Source: an uncultured delta proteobacterium (GTDB lineage Bacteria; Myxococcota_A; Polyangia; Haliangiales; Haliangiaceae). From it: a stretch of 64,000 nucleotides of DNA. This document shows, in pieces, positions 42,119 to 54,095 of the stretch. Each line of letters starts with the position of its first letter. Position 1 is the first letter of the stretch. The notes beneath the pieces are model-generated. The model was not told where the DNA came from. It did not search any database and saw only the letters and a list, made by a program, of their open reading frames with translations. The position numbers and the translations under genes were made by a program. The DNA lies in NCBI GenBank assembly GCA_963743525.1, contig CAVUQH010000003.1, forward strand, positions 448,001 through 512,000, in the 5' to 3' direction.

Positions 42119-42234
42119 CCTTGGGCCGAGCGCGGTTCCACGCGATCTCGCCGAGTTCCGCGTTCACCGTGCTGCCGTGATTTGCCGGGTACGGCTACTC
42201 GGGTAGCCAGCCCGAAAGACCAGGGCAACGGCGT

Positions 42235-44565
42235 TCACAGTGGCGCGTTGGGATCCACCGTGACCGGTGGCGGACGGTTCGACCGGGAGACGTCGGGCGC
42301 CCCGTCCTTGCGGCGGAACGCCAGCGGATACGTGACCACGCCAATCGCCTCGGGATCGTCGCCCTGCGCCACCCGCGGCACCCGAATGGAGTAGCCGGCG
42401 TCGGCGATGCAGGCTTCCATGCCACCGTCCGGGAAGGTCGAGCGCTGCGCCTCGGCCCACTGCACCTCGCCGCGGCCGAGCTCGAGGTAGAGCACCACCG
42501 ATCCGACCAGCTGCGGATGGGCTTTCAGCGCCTGCTGATAACAAGCGCGCGCCTTGGGCATGACGTGGGTGTCGATGAGTCGCGCGATGATCGCCCGGTC
42601 GAGGGAACCGGTGCGCCGCTGATCGACTCCCGCCGGCACGGCCAGGGACGGGCTGACCGCAAAGCTGCCCAGGCCGGCGCCGGATCGCAGCTCGGGTGGC
42701 GATGGCATGCGCGTGAACACCTGCGGTCCCCAGCGGCGGGTCATGGCCAGGCGGTCGCGGGCGAATCCATCGCGGCCGTCGACGCCGACCAGCGCCGCCG
42801 TTGGCGTCACCACGCGGGCCTTGCGCGCGGCGGTGGCCGTCGTGGTGCGCTCGTCGTCGCCGCTGCCGTCACCGGTGCTCTGCAGGCTCACGGCATCGGC
42901 CCACAGCACCGCCAGCGGCGCCGCCGCCGCGCGCAGCGACGAGTCGCCGCGGCCGCGCAACGTGACCGTCTTGCCGCCGGCGTGGGCAACCAGCGAAATC
43001 GAGGTCGGCGCCTTGCCGCGGTAGAGGCCGACCGAGGTGAAGCCGCGCCCGGCCTCGAGCCGCTGCGGTAGCGCCAGGTCGTCGACCCTGGTCCCGCTGC
43101 CGGCGTCGATGGACAGCTGGTCCAGGGGCGCCGGCCGGCGCAGCTCGGCCGCCAGGCTCGACGCGCGCTCGGCCACGCTGCTCACGCGGATCGCCAGCGA
43201 CCGGCCGCCGGTGCGCGACGCCAGCGCCGCCGCCGGGCCGACCGCCGTGTCCGGCGCCGCCACCGCGTCGGGCACCAGCGTGATCGCCACCACCTGGCCG
43301 CGGTCGATGACCGGCGCGCCGATGCGGTCGATGGCGCGGGCGCCGGTCAGGTGCAGCGGCGTCATGCCGTCGCCGATGATGACCACCAGCGTCCGCCCGG
43401 GGCCGTGCTTGTCCTCGTCGCGGGTGGTCGCCGCGCGCACCAGGTCGAGGGCCGCGCCCAGGTCGCTGCCGTTGCGCGGGTCGGCGGGCGGCACCAGCGC
43501 GGCGGCGATCGCCTTGCGCGTGGCGTGGTCGTTGGACTGGAGCGCGCCCAGCTGTCGGCGCGCCGTGCGGTCGAAGGTGATCAGGTCGACGCGCGCATCT
43601 TCCGGTACCGCGGCCAGCAACGTGCCGGCCAGCTGCTGGGCTGCGGCGACGCCGGCGTTGCCCATGCTGGCCGAGACGTCGACCACCAACAGCACGCGAT
43701 CCGGGTCGAGCGGCGAGCGCCCGGTCGGCCGCGGCATCCACGCCTGCACCGCCAGCGCGCCGACGCCCTTGCCCAGCGGCACCGTGGCGTAGCTCACGTG
43801 GGCGCCGGCGCCGAGCTCCGGCGTCACCTCGATCACGGTGTCGCCGCCGCGCGCGGCCAGGGCGTCGTGGCGCTTGCTGCCGGGCAGCTTCGCCTGCAGG
43901 CGGCCGCCGATCACCAGGTTTCGGTAGCGGGTCACGCCGGCGGCCGGCGTCAGGGTGACCTCGACCTGCTCGGTGACCAGCCGCGGGCTGTCACCGCGGC
44001 CGGGGATGCGCAGCGACAACCGGCCGTCGTCCAGGCGCAGCGGCGCCAGCCAGGTGACCTCGACCGTGGCGTTGCGCCCGGCCGGCAGCGGAAACAGCCG
44101 CAGCTCGTAAGTGGCCAGGCCGCCGTCGGCGGGATCCGGCGGCGTGTCGTCGCGCTCCATCAGCCGCACCAGCACGGCATCCGGGCTGGCGCGGTGCCGC
44201 AGCGACTCGGCGCCGCCGGCCGGCATCACCGCCGATTCGGCGTCGACGATCTCGGCGGTGGTCCAGCCGCTGGCCAGGTGTGCGCGCGCGTCGACCAGCG
44301 CGGCGTCGGCGGGCAGGTCGAAGCGGTAGATCGCCACCGCCTCGTCGCTGCCGCGGTTGGAGATCGACTGCCGCGCCACGATCCGCGCGATGCCGCCGGT
44401 GAGGTGCACCTGATAGACGAAGCCCGACTCGCTGAGGTCGCCGTCGGGGACGCCCTGAGCGGCGAGCCGCGTGTCCGCCCAGCCGGGCACCAGGTCAGTC
44501 AGGAGGCAGAACGCGCCGACGACCAGTGCCGCCGACGCACGTGACCATTTCGTGCTCGCGCCCAT
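42235..44565 (-). CDS. Exported VIT/VWA-domain protein with TonB-C-like (AgmX/PglI-type) C-terminus
   Basis: VIT-like [27 protein letters not shown], and C-terminal ARACYQQAL...P.L.G...EACI...YP. Confidence 0.75.
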   Translation of the reverse strand: MGASTKWSRASAALVVGAFCLLTDLVPGWADTRLAAQGVPDGDLSESGFVYQVHLTGGIARIVARQSISNRGSDEAVAIYRFDLPADAALVDARAHLASGWTTAEIVDAESAVMPAGGAESLRHRASPDAVLVRLMERDDTPPDPADGGLATYELRLFPLPAGRNATVEVTWLAPLRLDDGRLSLRIPGRGDSPRLVTEQVEVTLTPAAGVTRYRNLVIGGRLQAKLPGSKRHDALAARGGDTVIEVTPELGAGAHVSYATVPLGKGVGALAVQAWMPRPTGRSPLDPDRVLLVVDVSASMGNAGVAAAQQLAGTLLAAVPEDARVDLITFDRTARRQLGALQSNDHATRKAIAAALVPPADPRNGSDLGAALDLVRAATTRDEDKHGPGRTLVVIIGDGMTPLHLTGARAIDRIGAPVIDRGQVVAITLVPDAVAAPDTAVGPAAALASRTGGRSLAIRVSSVAERASSLAAELRRPAPLDQLSIDAGSGTRVDDLALPQRLEAGRGFTSVGLYRGKAPTSISLVAHAGGKTVTLRGRGDSSLRAAAAPLAVLWADAVSLQSTGDGSGDDERTTTATAARKARVVTPTAALVGVDGRDGFARDRLAMTRRWGPQVFTRMPSPPELRSGAGLGSFAVSPSLAVPAGVDQRRTGSLDRAIIARLIDTHVMPKARACYQQALKAHPQLVGSVVLYLELGRGEVQWAEAQRSTFPDGGMEACIADAGYSIRVPRVAQGDDPEAIGVVTYPLAFRRKDGAPDVSRSNRPPPVTVDPNAPL

Positions 44566-44689
44566 GACGTACGTGAAGGTTGACACCGCTCGCGCCGGTG
44601 CGGTTGCGCCAGAGTTGGGGCGAACGGCAAAGCCGCGGGGTTTTGCATGGTTGCATGGTTGCTCGTCCCGCGCCCATCCCCGAAAATGG

Positions 44690-45965
44690 GTGCTGGTGGC
44701 CGCGCATCGACCCAGAGTGGGACTGATCCTGTCCGGCGGCGGCTCGCGCGGGGCATACGAGGCCGGCGTCCTGCTGTTCATCCGCGACCGTCTGGCGCGG
44801 CGAATGGGCCGCCAGGCGCCGATCGACATCATCACCGGCACCAGCGTCGGCGCCATCAACGCCGCCTTCCTGGCCGCCACCATCGACGATCCGACGCACC
44901 AGGCCGCGCGCCTGTGCGAGACCTGGCGCGCGCTGGAGATCGAGAAGATGATCGCGCTGTCCGGGCTCGATCTGGTCCGCTCGATCCGCCTGCTCATCGG
45001 CGGCAACCCGCCGCCGCCGTCGCCCGGCACCTACCGCTACGGCGGCGTGCTCGAAACCAAGGGGCTCGAGCGCTTCGTCATCCGCTCGATTCCGTGGCGG
45101 TGCATCCGCCGCAACCTGTTGCGCGGGCACCTGCGCGCGCTGGCGGTGTCGGCGACCCACGTCGGCAGCGGCCACACGATCGTCTTCATCGACTCGGCCC
45201 AGCCGATCCCGCGCGCCTGGAGCAGCGATCCGTTCGTCACCCAGCGGGCCGCCAGCATCGGCCCGCGCCACGTGCTGGCGTCGGCGGCGATCCCGCTGCT
45301 GTTTCCCGCCGTGCGCATCGCCGACGCCTTCTACACCGACGGCGGTCTGCGCCAGAACACGCCGATGTCGCCGGCCATCCGGCTGGGCGCGGATCGCCTG
45401 CTGGTGGTGTCGCTGCGCCACCACGAGACCCCGGCCGAGCTGGCCGACCAGGTGCGCCAGCGCGAGCGCGAGGTGGCGTATCCGCGGCCGCTGTTCATGT
45501 TCGGCAAGGCGCTCAACGCGCTGCTCCTCGACCACACCGACTACGACCTGGACCGGATGAGCCGGCTCAACGCCATCCTCGAGGCCGGCACCCGCGCCTT
45601 CGGCCCGCGCTTCCAGGAGGTCATCAACATCGAGCTGACCCGCTTGCGCGGCGCGCCGATCCGCCCGCTCGAGGCCGTGCACGTGCGCCCGTCGGCCGAC
45701 ATCGGCGAGCTGGCGTCGGACTTCGTCCGCAAGGGCCGCGCGCGGGTCAACAGCCGCGTCGCTCGCCGGCTGCTGTCCAGGCTGGCGGCCGGCGAGTCAA
45801 CCCACGAGTCCGACGCCCTGTCGTATCTGCTGTTCGACGGCAACTTCGCGGGCGAGCTGATCGACCTGGGCTACCGCGACGCCGCCGCCCAGGAAGAGCA
45901 GCTGGCGCACCTGTTCCGCGACCAAGAACGTCGACGAAGAAGAGACCGCCGACGCCGCCAGCTAG
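44690..45965 (+). CDS. Patatin-like phospholipase; true stop probably 45963-45965 after a 1-nt insertion at ~45927
   Basis: [24 protein letters not shown]. Removing one A before GTCGAC (45930) gives [17 protein letters not shown] instead of an Arg-rich read-through to 46183. Confidence 0.88.
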
Positions 45966-45975
45966 GCGCGGAGGC

Positions 45976-46062
45976 TCATGGCTGCGGGATGTGGCCGATG
46001 ATGAGGATGACCAGGAGGGCGAAGAAGACCAGGCCCGTCGCGATGAGAAAGGCTCGTTCCAT
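45976..46062 (-). CDS. Candidate 28-aa single-TM microprotein
   Basis: [28 protein letters not shown] with GC3-rich codons; fills an intergenic gap. Confidence 0.4.
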   Translation of the reverse strand: MERAFLIATGLVFFALLVILIIGHIPQP

Positions 46063-46115
46063 GCTGATCAGATGCGTGGCCCGCGGGGCCGGTGGTGCGG
46101 CAACTCGTCGCAGGC

Positions 46116-47096
46116 TCAGAGCAGGCCGGCCAGGTCGTAGTCGGCGGCCAGCGCGCTCCAGCGGCGGACGGCCAGGTGGGTGACGTCGAGCTGGCGGCCG
46201 GTCCAGGAGGCGGCGTAGTCGCTGCCGCAGCCGTTGACCGTGCCGATCCAGAAGCGCAGCAGGGCGAGGCGCAGGTCGATCCGCAGCGTTTCGAGGCGGT
46301 AGTCGGCCACGCCGGCGGTCTGTAGCGCGGCGTGGTAGCGGGTGATGAGGCTCGGCTCGTGTTGGGCGCGGTCGTCGAGCGACAGGGCGCTGATGAACAG
46401 CTGCGCCAGGTCGACGGCGGCGCAGCCGGTCGCGCACCTCTGCCAGTCGTACAGCACCGCGCGGTCGCGGGTGAAGGCCCAGTTGTCGATGTGGGAATCG
46501 ACGTGGATCAGCGTGCGCGGTGGTGTCGCCAGTGGCGCCAGTCGCTGCGCGTGCTGCGGGCCGACGGCGTCGAGCAGCGCGCGGGTCGTCGGGGTCAGGT
46601 CGTCGGCGTAGCGAGTGACGAAGCTCGCCTTGCGCTGGCCGTATTTGCGCAGCTGCGCGGGGAAATCGCCGTAGCGCGGCAGCCACGCCAGGGAGTCGAT
46701 CTCCGGCGACGCCCACCAGCGGGCGTGCAGGTCGGCGAGCGTGTCAACGGCGGCGCGGGCCTGGTCAACGCTGCAGCCGGCGGCCGAGTCGCCCCAGTCG
46801 GCGCCGTCGAGATCCTCGAGCAGGAGCACGCACTGCCCGCTCGCCTGGTCGTAGTGCGCGACGTAGCAGCGCGGCACCAGCGGCAGGCAGCGGCCACCGA
46901 GCTCGGCGTAGAACGACACCTCGCGCGCACTCTCGACCGACAGCTTGGCGATCAGGCGCGGCGGCAGGTCGCCGCTGTCGCCGTCGGCCCGCAGGCGGTA
47001 GACCCGCGAGGCGAAGCCGTAGTCGGCGCCGATGCGGGTCGCGTGGTAGCGCGCGCTGCCGAGTAGCGGAGCGAGATCGAAGTCGTCGAGATGCAT
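46116..47096 (-). CDS. Aminoglycoside phosphotransferase/EcKinase-like protein
   Basis: [37 protein letters not shown]. Confidence 0.85.
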   Translation of the reverse strand: MHLDDFDLAPLLGSARYHATRIGADYGFASRVYRLRADGDSGDLPPRLIAKLSVESAREVSFYAELGGRCLPLVPRCYVAHYDQASGQCVLLLEDLDGADWGDSAAGCSVDQARAAVDTLADLHARWWASPEIDSLAWLPRYGDFPAQLRKYGQRKASFVTRYADDLTPTTRALLDAVGPQHAQRLAPLATPPRTLIHVDSHIDNWAFTRDRAVLYDWQRCATGCAAVDLAQLFISALSLDDRAQHEPSLITRYHAALQTAGVADYRLETLRIDLRLALLRFWIGTVNGCGSDYAASWTGRQLDVTHLAVRRWSALAADYDLAGLL

Positions 47097-47104
47097 CAGC
47101 AGAT

Positions 47105-47208
47105 GTCCGGGAATCGGACGGTTCGCCGTCCGCGTGGGCGGACGATGTCCGGGTGGGCGGACAGCCGCGGCGCTGGTTCGCGGGGTTGCGAGCGGCACGG
47201 GGACTGCT
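47105..47208 (+). promoter_or_regulatory. recA upstream module: three GTCCG-N5/6-CGGAC palindromes, GGTTCGCGGGGTTGC, and a sigma54 -24/-12 box
   Basis: Palindromes at 47105-47119, 47128-47143 and 47147-47162, 15-mer at 47175-47189, CGGCAC-GGGGA-CTGCT at 47193-47208. Confidence 0.7.
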
Positions 47209-47241
47209 CTGGGGTTGGGCTCAACCTGTGGAGGATAACCC

Positions 47242-48276
<1,035 letters not shown>

Positions 48277-48280
<4 letters not shown>

Positions 48281-50217
48281 GCCGCGACCCGGCCGACGGT
48301 GGTGATCTCGCCGGTGCTGGCGTGGGCGCGGAGGCAGGCGACGTGGGTCGCGGCGTACAGCTCGACGTCGGGAGCGGCAGCGTAGGTCGGCGGGGTGAAG
48401 CGGACGGTGACCGGGCCCGCGGTCAGCGGTGCGCCGGTGCCGCCGGCGGCGGTGAACGCAGGCCAGTCGTGGGCGAAGCGTTGCTCGTACGGCGCGGTCC
48501 GGCCGAAGGCGGCGGTGATCAGGCGCTGGTAGTCGAACATCTCGGCGACCAGCGTCGGGTCGCCGCCGCCGGCGCGGACGAACGCTGCCGTCTGCTGCTC
48601 GAGCTCGTCGTAGAAGCGGTCGCGGTCGCGCAGGCAGGTCAGCGCGACGGCTTCGGCCAGGTCGACGGCCGGTCCGCCCGGGCTGGCCGGCAGGACGAAC
48701 GACTCGCTGGCCAGGATCGAATCGGCGTAGCGCTGAAACACGCCGGCCAGGGCGGCCAGCACGGAGCCGGGCTCGGCGTCGTCCATCCGCGCGCACAGGA
48801 AGTCGAGGTAGTCGCGGGCGTCGGCGCCCAGGCATTCGGGCAAGGCGTGCAGCGGCACGCGCAGAAGGCGCAGGTTGTAGGCCGCGTAGGCCAGGTAGGC
48901 GAAGCGCAGGGTGCGGCGCCAGTCGCCCGTCGGCATCTCGCGGGTGCCGACGACCAGCTCGAGCGACTCGTCGACCACCGGGTCCCAGCCGGTGCGGGTG
49001 GTCGTCCAGCGGCAGCGGCGCACCTCCAGACCGAGGATGCGGCGCTGCTCCGGGTCGGCCAGCTCGGTGTTGTCGAGCAGGTGGCACAGCGCCAGCACGA
49101 ACTCGTGCCGCGGATAGGCCGGCATCGCCTCGACCACCGTGCGCGTGAACGACGCGTAGGTCTGGCGCGGCAGCCCGAGGATCAGATCGTTGGAGGTGGC
49201 GATGCCGCGGGCGCCGAGGATCTCGCGCAGTCGCTGCGACTCGCCGGTCTGGATGTTGTCGCGCTTGACTGCGGCGATGACCTCGTCGTCGAAGTCTTGC
49301 ACCGCCAGCCCGGCGCAGCAGCCGATGCCGGCCTCGTGCATGATCTCGATCGTCTGCAGGTTGCGGCGGTGGTCGTTCTTGGTCAGGTAGAAGTAGCAGA
49401 AGGTCGGCCGGCCGGTGATGCGCTTGAGCTCGGCCAGGTGGTGCGCGATCTGGTGGTCGCGGCGGCGGATGCCAAAGTTGGCGTCGGTGATGGCGATGTG
49501 GCCGAAGCCGTTGGCGACGATCCAGTCGAGCTCGCGGGTGACGCGCTCCAGCGGGATCTCGGCCACCTTCTTGGTCAGCGACCAGTCGCAGAACGTGCAC
49601 GAGAACGGGCAGCCGCGGTTGGTCTCGACCAGCGCCATGCCAAAGCGGCCACGGTCGCGCCGGAGCAGGGCGTCAAAGGTGCCGTCGAGGTACGGCGACG
49701 CGGTTCGCGACAGATCGACGATGCGTTCGGGAGGTGGGCCGAAGCACGGCTGGCCTCCGGGTTGGCGAAAGCCGACGCCGGTGATGCCGTCGAAGCCGGC
49801 GCCGTCGAGGTGCCGCTCGAGGATGTTGACCAGCGCCACCTCGCCCTCGCCGAAGACCAGCAGGTCGATCGCCGGGTTGTCTGCCAGCAGTCGCTCGGCG
49901 CTGGCGCGCCGCCGCGGCACCGCCGGTCCACCGGCGATGATCAGAGCGGTCGGGTTCGACTGGCGGATCGCTCGCGCGGCCGCCAGCGAGTAGGCGGCGT
50001 TCCACGGGTAGGTTGACAGGCCGATCACGTCGGCGCCGGTCAGGCGCGCGGCGACCTCGGCGAGTGGCCGGCGCGCGACCTCGATGTCGAAGGTTGCCGC
50101 CGCCTCCAGGCGCGGTGATTGCCGCGCCGACGCCACCAGCACTCCGGCCGCCAGCGGCAGCGCGGGGGTGTGGTCGATCCCGTCGAACTGGCAGATGACG
50201 ACGCGCACGGCGGCCAT
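48277..50217 (-). CDS. B12-binding radical SAM protein
   Basis: Cobalamin-binding region ([20 protein letters not shown]), SPYLDG, and [15 protein letters not shown] (CxxxCxxC). Start is an estimate. Confidence 0.92.
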
Positions 50218-50369
50218 CTTCCCACGGCGACGGGCAGTTTCCGCACGCGAGGAGCGTGCGCCGAAATACCGATGCGCCGAGCGCGAACCGATTGGAGGCA
50301 AATCCGTACCCATGTACAGGGTTTGCGCCGATCGTGGCTTCACGAGCGAGCGGGTAAGATCCGTCGCGC

Positions 50370-53300
50370 ATGGAGGGGAGGGACCGAGGGCCCGACCGCC
50401 TGGGTGCGTTCGCCGTCGATCACGTACTCGCCCACGGTGGAATGAGCATCGTCTACGCCGGGCACGATCCCGACACCGGCGAACGCGTTGCCATCAAGAC
50501 GGTCACGCTGCACAGCGAGACCTACCTGACCAGCTTGCGCCGCGAGATCCACGCGCTCAGTCGCGTGCGTCACCCGGGGATCGTGCGCATCCTCGACACC
50601 GGCGTCGCCCGCGGCGTGCCGTGGTACGCGATGGAGCTCATCGACGGCGATACGCTCGGCGGCTACGCGCGCTCGCTGTGGGGCACGCTCGATCTGGACG
50701 GCGACACCTTCGACGCCGCCGGCCCGACCGGCTCGTCGCCGTCGCCGACCTCGCTGCGATCGTCCACTCCGTCACCGCAGGTGCGCGCGCCGGCGCCTCG
50801 CCGACCGGCCGGCGGCGGTGAGCTGGCGGTCGCGCTGACCATCGCCCGGCGAATTTGTTCGCCGCTGGCCTACCTCCACGGCGAGGGGATCGTCCACCGC
50901 GATCTCAAGCCGACCAACATCGTCATGCGCCCGGACGGACGTCCGGTGCTGGTCGACTTCGGTCTGGCCTGGCGCATCGCCGGTGGACGCGGACGCGAGG
51001 CCCCCGACGTATTGCGCGACCTGGCGGGCACCCCCGAATACATGGCGCCGGAGCAGGCGCGGCTGGAGCGCCTGGACCCGCGCACCGATCTCTACTCGCT
51101 GGGCTGCATCCTCTACTACCTGGTCAGCGGCCGGCCGCCGTTCCTCGGTGCCGGCGAGCGGGTCATTCAGCAACACATCCACGACCGGGCGCCGCCACTG
51201 TCGGAGCTGGTCCAGGGCGTTCCCGCCGAGCTCGACGAGCTGGTCGCCGCGCTTCTGGCCAAGCAGCCCCGCGATCGCATCGGCTACGCCGAGGACGTCG
51301 CACGAGCGCTCGAGCAGCTGGGCGCCGAGCCCGAGCCGGACGACCTGCCCAGCCCGCGCACCTACGTCTACGGCCCGCGGCTGTCGGGACGCGCGCAGGT
51401 GTTCGCGGACCTGCGCCTGCTGCTCGACGGCGCCCGCCGTCACCGCGGTGGCATCGCTCTGGTCACCGGCGAGAGCGGCATCGGCAAGACCTATCTCGTG
51501 GTCGACGCCGCCCGGCAGTGTGGCGTCGGCGCGTGGATCTTCACCTGCGAGTGCGCGCCGCTGGCCCGGCCGCTGCAGCCGCTGCGCGCCTTGCTCACCG
51601 CGGTCGCCGACCGCTGCCGCACCCTGGGCACCGCCTTCACCGATCGCGTGCTCGGCGAGCGCGGCAAGATCCTGGCCACCATCGAGCCGCATCTGGCCGA
51701 TCTGCCGGGGCAGTCGGCCTATCCCAACCCGCCGCGGCTCACCGGTCCGGCGGCGCGCGACCGGTTGATGAAGGCGCTGTCCGAGACCCTCGAGGCGTTG
51801 GCCAGGAGCGGCCCGGTGATCATCATCGTCGACGATCTGCAGTGGGCCGACGAGCTGACGCTGCGCTTCTTCGCCACGCTGCCCGACGACTGGTTCGCCG
51901 GGCGCAGCGTCGCCGTCCTCGCCACCAGCCGCGAGGGCGATCGCAACGACGCCGTCGGTGAGCTCGCGGCCCGGCCCTACGTCGCCCAGCACTCCCTCGG
52001 CATGCTGGGCGAAGAGCACGTCAGCGCGCTGGTCGCGGATATGCTGGCGGTAGACACCGTGCCACCCGAGCTCGCGCACGTGGTCGCCGAGCAGTCGGGT
52101 GGCAACCCGTTCTTCGTCGCCGAATATCTGCGCGCCGCGGTCGACGAGGGACACATCCGCCGCTGCTCGCCCAAGCTGGTGGCCTTCGATTCGCTGCCGA
52201 CCCTGGCGTCATTGGCGTCGCTGGTCGAGCACCGACTGGCCGGGTTGTCGCCCGAGGCGCTGGCGATGCTCGAAGCCGCCGCCGTGCTCGGCCGCGAGCT
52301 GGTGCTGGATCTGCTGCTGGAGGTGAGCGGCCACGAATTGGATCCGGACGCGCGCCTGGATGCGCTCAGCGAGTTGTTCGCCCGCCACATCCTCGAGCAG
52401 CCGGGGCCGACGCACATCCGTTTCATCCACGACAAGCTGCACGAGATCGCCTACGAGCGGTTGTCCGCGGTTCGTCGCGCTGCTCTTCACCGCCGGGCGG
52501 CCGACGCCATCGCCGCCCGCGCGCACACCGCCGAGGAGCGGCGCGACGTGGCGATGATCCTGGCCCACCATTGCGACGCTGCCGGCGATCCGGCGCGGGC
52601 GCTCGATCACCTGGAGGCGGCGGCCGAATCGGCGCTGGCCGACGGTGCGTATCGCCGCGCGGTCCTCTGCCTCGACCGCGCCGAAGCGCTGCACCGCGCC
52701 GGAGCCACCGCCATCGACGCGCGCCGCGGTCGCTGGCAGCTGGGGCTGGCGCGGGCAAGCTTCGGCCTGGGTGAGCTGGAAGCGGCCGAAGGTCACGCCT
52801 CGTTGTCGCTCCAGCACCTGGGCCACCGCGTGCCGCATACGCGCGTGCGCTGGGGAGCGCGGCTGGGCCGCGAGCTCGCCAGGCAGACCCGGCATCTCCT
52901 CGGGGTGCGCTCGCATCCGCGCTCGGCGGTCGACCGCGCGCGGCTGGGTGACGCGGCGGTAGCCGCCAGTCTGCTCAGCCACCGCTACTTCTACGTCGAC
53001 GAGCCGCTGGGCATGCTGGCCGCGTCGCTGATGGCGGTCAACCTGGCCGAGCGCGCCCGCGCCGGCACCCGGGTGCCGCGGCCGTACGCGCAGCTGGCAT
53101 TCACCAGTGGCTTGCTGGGTCTGCATCCAGTGGCGCGCCGCTACTTCGATCGCGCTCGCGCCGCTGCCCGCGGCAACACTGATCCGACCGAGGTCGCGTT
53201 TACCTTTCTGGTCGAGGCGGTCTATCTGGGCAGCCTGGGCCGCTGGTCGCGCGCCGAGAAGATGGCTGACGACGCCGCCCGCCGGCTGCGCGCGCTGTAC

Positions 53301-54071
53301 GACCCGACGCTGCTCGAGATGGCCATCACCACCCTGGGCCACATCGAGTACTACACCGGTCGTCTCGAACAGGCCTGCCAGCGCTACCGCGAAGTGCTGT
53401 CGTCGGCGCGGGCGCGCGCAAGTCACCAGCACGCGACCTGGGGACTGTTCTCGATCGGCCGCAGCCTGTTGCCCATGGGCCGGCCGGCCGAAGCGCGCGA
53501 GCTGCTCAGCGAGGCGCGCGAGGCCCTTCGGCTGCGGCCGGAGCTGCAGTCGGAGATCATCTGCACCGGCCTGCTGGCCGCGGCCACGCTGCGCTGCGGC
53601 GACGAGCCGCTGGCACTCGAGCTGGCCGAGGAGACTCTGGCGATCGTCCGCCGCTCGCGCCCGGTCGGCTTTCCCGAGCTGGAGGGCTATCGCGGTGCGG
53701 CCGAGGCGTTCGTCGCCCTCGGCGAGCGCGGCGCTGCGGCGGTGCGCGCGCGCGACGGTGCCGAGCAGATGGCTCGCCAGCTGGCGCGCATCGCCCGCGT
53801 CTTTCCCATCGCGCGGCCGGCGTTGCGCCTGCACCGCAGCGAGCTGGCGCGGCTGGCCGGCAACGCCGCAGCTGCCCGACGCGAAGCCGCGCACAGCCTG
53901 ACCCTGGCGCGGCAGCTCGAGCTACCGCGCGACGAGGCGCTGGCGTTCATCTCGCTGTCCCGTTTTGCCACCGACCAGGCCGCCCGCGCCGCCGCGCTCG
54001 ACAGCGCCGTCGCCATCGGCAACCGCATCGGCGCGCTGCACCTGGTCGACCGCGCGCGATCGATTCGTTGA
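50370..54071 (+). CDS. Cytoplasmic Ser/Thr kinase fused to STAND-like AAA ATPase and TPR region
   Basis: HRDLKPTN, DFG, GTPEYMAPE; GESGIGKT, VDDLQWAD, GGNPFF, FIHD; helical C-terminus. Confidence 0.92.
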   Translation: MEGRDRGPDRLGAFAVDHVLAHGGMSIVYAGHDPDTGERVAIKTVTLHSETYLTSLRREIHALSRVRHPGIVRILDTGVARGVPWYAMELIDGDTLGGYARSLWGTLDLDGDTFDAAGPTGSSPSPTSLRSSTPSPQVRAPAPRRPAGGGELAVALTIARRICSPLAYLHGEGIVHRDLKPTNIVMRPDGRPVLVDFGLAWRIAGGRGREAPDVLRDLAGTPEYMAPEQARLERLDPRTDLYSLGCILYYLVSGRPPFLGAGERVIQQHIHDRAPPLSELVQGVPAELDELVAALLAKQPRDRIGYAEDVARALEQLGAEPEPDDLPSPRTYVYGPRLSGRAQVFADLRLLLDGARRHRGGIALVTGESGIGKTYLVVDAARQCGVGAWIFTCECAPLARPLQPLRALLTAVADRCRTLGTAFTDRVLGERGKILATIEPHLADLPGQSAYPNPPRLTGPAARDRLMKALSETLEALARSGPVIIIVDDLQWADELTLRFFATLPDDWFAGRSVAVLATSREGDRNDAVGELAARPYVAQHSLGMLGEEHVSALVADMLAVDTVPPELAHVVAEQSGGNPFFVAEYLRAAVDEGHIRRCSPKLVAFDSLPTLASLASLVEHRLAGLSPEALAMLEAAAVLGRELVLDLLLEVSGHELDPDARLDALSELFARHILEQPGPTHIRFIHDKLHEIAYERLSAVRRAALHRRAADAIAARAHTAEERRDVAMILAHHCDAAGDPARALDHLEAAAESALADGAYRRAVLCLDRAEALHRAGATAIDARRGRWQLGLARASFGLGELEAAEGHASLSLQHLGHRVPHTRVRWGARLGRELARQTRHLLGVRSHPRSAVDRARLGDAAVAASLLSHRYFYVDEPLGMLAASLMAVNLAERARAGTRVPRPYAQLAFTSGLLGLHPVARRYFDRARAAARGNTDPTEVAFTFLVEAVYLGSLGRWSRAEKMADDAARRLRALYDPTLLEMAITTLGHIEYYTGRLEQACQRYREVLSSARARASHQHATWGLFSIGRSLLPMGRPAEARELLSEAREALRLRPELQSEIICTGLLAAATLRCGDEPLALELAEETLAIVRRSRPVGFPELEGYRGAAEAFVALGERGAAAVRARDGAEQMARQLARIARVFPIARPALRLHRSELARLAGNAAAARREAAHSLTLARQLELPRDEALAFISLSRFATDQAARAAALDSAVAIGNRIGALHLVDRARSIR

Positions 54072-54095
54072 GACCAAAGGGGGAGGGGAACCAAG

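Noticed and set aside
41872..42228. 118-aa minus-strand ORF over the sRNA candidate, and overlapping plus-strand ORFs
   Set aside because: Atypical codon usage; it runs across both the sigma54 box and the terminator.
50298..50312. Possible sigma54 box for the radical SAM gene (TGGGTA-CGGAT-TTGC, minus strand)
   Set aside because: The spacing fits but the -24 half is poor; not enough support.
50370..54071. Kinase-STAND-TPR protein as an Avs-type antiphage system
   Set aside because: No nuclease, TIR or SIR2 effector and no defence-island context. The architecture is a common signalling type in this group.
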